Shown: positions 63,401-64,000 of the stretch, piece after piece
How positions within the stretch are numbered: position 1 is the stretch's first letter
Layout: the number at the start of each line of letters is the position of its first letter
DNA from: Lytechinus pictus
Lineage: Eukaryota
Direction: 5' to 3'
DNA length: 64,000 bases
Assembly: GCF_037042905.1 (NCBI RefSeq)
Contig: NC_087259.1
Coordinates: 6,572,001 to 6,636,000 of the forward strand
Translations under genes and position numbers: made by a program
The notes under the pieces: model-generated
Database searches by the model: none
What the model saw: only the letters and a program-made list of their open reading frames with translations
Told to the model about the DNA's origin: nothing

Positions 63401-63607
63401 AGAGTCAGGTGTCGCAGAAATCAAAGCTCAAATTAGAGCTGCCCTTTTATGTGTACATATATGTTTATATACCTAAAGAGGAGCCGAATGTATGATCGAA
63501 CGGGGGTCCGGTGCCATTGATTGTGCCTTGTTTTCTTATCCAATCGAAGTCGTCAACTGTGACGTCATTTATCCATGTACAATAGTCTTCTTCAAAGTCG
63601 CAATCAC
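50908..63607 (-). CDS. MAM + mucin stalk + ZP-domain type I membrane protein, copy B (5' end outside the window; at least 551 aa if both 39-nt exons are used)
   Basis: Exons 63607-63473, 63064-62802, 62146-62062, 60668-60585, 59464-59426, 59108-59070, 58642-58464, 57256-56856, 52983-52887, 52405-52234, 51068-50908. All are GT-AG, phase-compatible and open. The last five have the same lengths as in copy A (179/401/97/172/161 nt). Confidence 0.88.
51480..51612 (-). mobile_element. tRNA-derived SINE remnant
   Basis: Minus strand gcgcgatagctcagtcggtatagagcg ... cccgggtttgaa, a tRNA-like head with a degenerate body. Confidence 0.5.
52234..52405 (-). CDS. Copy B ZP-C end + RARR furin site exon
   Basis: 172 nt; [10 protein letters not shown]...GCVSRARR; aag / gtgagc splice sites. 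Confidence 0.93.
52887..52983 (-). CDS. Copy B ZP-C exon ([32 protein letters not shown])
   Basis: 97 nt; cacag / gtaagg splice sites; paralogous to 28709-28805. Confidence 0.92.
53372..53710 (+). mobile_element. Internal fragment of a non-LTR retrotransposon reverse transcriptase (CR1/L2-group-like), frameshifted
   Basis: Translates piecewise to [45 protein letters not shown]...[11 protein letters not shown], the N-terminal LINE RT motifs. Confidence 0.85.
56145..56395. repeat. About 250-bp near-perfect foldback palindrome (probable MITE)
   Basis: Arms acatcgaggcagtagccagaccctc...gcgcgaatt and aatttgcgc...gagggtctggatactgcctcgatgt, with an 11-nt loop. Confidence 0.85.
56856..57256 (-). CDS. 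Copy B ZP-N end / linker / ZP-C start exon
   Basis: 401 nt; [12 protein letters not shown]...DRCWATP...FIKDG; gtaagt donor. Confidence 0.95.
57494..57977. mobile_element. Two adjacent CACTG MITEs of one family (57494-57729 and 57736-57977), each TA-flanked
   Basis: About 85-bp TIRs cactgcaaaaactccggtgttgatttaacaccagccc...; absent at the homologous site near 31010. Confidence 0.85.
58464..58642 (-). CDS. Copy B ZP-N exon
   Basis: 179 nt; 3 aa differences from copy A; ccacag / gtaaaa splice sites. Confidence 0.92.
59070..59108 (-). CDS. Copy B 39-nt mucin microexon, duplicate 2 ([13 protein letters not shown])
   Basis: Same splice sites as duplicate 1 with one substitution; homologous to copy A exon 4. 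Confidence 0.8.
59426..59464 (-). CDS. Copy B 39-nt mucin microexon, duplicate 1 ([13 protein letters not shown])
   Basis: ttcttgtttctcatgcag acceptor, G|gtatga donor, phase 1-1. Confidence 0.65.
59680..60268 (+). mobile_element. 5'-truncated LINE (ORF2 C-terminus + 3' UTR + (ATTTG)n tail)
   Basis: [56 protein letters not shown] matches the typical CR1/L2-group ORF2 end; ends in aataaatgatttgatttgatttga. Confidence 0.8.
60585..60668 (-). CDS. Copy B Pro/Thr-rich linker exon ([28 protein letters not shown])
   Basis: ttctcttcag acceptor, G|gtaaaa donor, 84 nt, phase 1-1. Confidence 0.82.
60788..60826 (-). ncRNA. Degenerate minimal hammerhead-ribozyme-like motif (Penelope-type remnant)
   Basis: Minus strand gcct-ccgacga-a-gattc-tgcta-ggatc-gaaa-gctt-aggc: stem I, CUGANGA-like core (U->C), stem II, GAAA, and a palindromic AAGCUU stem III. 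Confidence 0.45.
62062..62146 (-). CDS. Copy B MAM domain exon 3 (IVFIGEVG...[16 protein letters not shown])
   Basis: MAM C-terminal IAVDDI...C motif; ttttttag acceptor, G|gtattt donor. Confidence 0.9.
62802..63064 (-). CDS. Copy B MAM domain exon 2 (GYYVYL...ARMVSP...CVTFWYY...[10 protein letters not shown])
   Basis: MAM core motifs; acag acceptor, AGG|gtatta donor. Confidence 0.92.
63473..63607 (-). CDS. Copy B MAM domain exon 1 ([11 protein letters not shown]...DFDWIR...GPPFDHT)
   Basis: Classic MAM N-terminal motifs CDFE-C-W, DDFDW and GPxxDHT; acag acceptor, G|gtatat donor. Confidence 0.92.
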
Positions 63608-64000
63608 CTGTGTCAAATGAGCAGAGAGACAAAAAAAAATTTAAAAATGAAAAAAATAATGCTCTGGGTAGGTTTTTAGATAATCCGAACAACCTGACCC
63701 TAAATGCTTGCCAAGGTTTGTCGAATTTCTTTCAATTTAAGTAATAGTAAATAATGACCTACGAGCCATTATTTTGACTGTAAAGAACTCCAAAAATCTT
63801 TAGCCGTAGAGAAAGAGAACATCATTTCTCTTTCATCGTGTTACATGAAATATCATGATAACTTGACGGACGCACATGTTTGAAAAAAAGGTATATTCTG
63901 AATACTAAGACGTCGATTTGTTGTAATGCGACCACAAATATTTGTTTTCTTTTTATAGTCTGATTACGCCATTAATGGTGTCAACAGGTAATTATACATA

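Overview
AT-rich, repeat-dense eukaryotic scaffold with N gaps. The repeat landscape and gene content suggest an invertebrate deuterostome, probably a sea urchin (inference). Three protein-coding genes can be read. (1) The large 3' exon (TM4-TM7 and C-tail, 15634-16393 +) of a prokineticin-receptor-like class A GPCR, whose 5' exon is not visible in the window. (2) An apparently complete 9-exon gene on the minus strand (39642->25662, about 408 aa): signal peptide, three phase-1 microexons making a short Thr/Pro-rich stalk, a 10-Cys ZP module, RARR furin site, TM helix and GYxxL tail. (3) A tandem paralogue (63607->50908, 5'-incomplete) with the same ZP/TM exons but an N-terminal MAM domain and a locally duplicated 39-nt mucin microexon. 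The two ZP genes sit in a tandem segmental duplication (about 18560-32430 vs 41880-59190), so one copy shows the empty site for transposon insertions in the other. The rest is non-autonomous DNA transposons (CACTG/2-bp TSD, TTAA-flanked Kolobok-like, hAT-like, Harbinger-like, pogo-like, often nested), tRNA-derived SINEs, LINE fragments, a degenerate Penelope-type hammerhead motif, tandem arrays and (TAC)n tracts. There is no CRISPR array or rRNA gene, and no convincing tRNA gene. The best candidate for a new system is the MAM-ZP / ZP-only paralogue pair with a microexon-built stalk. All exon models were derived by eye from splice signals and reading frame and need transcript confirmation.
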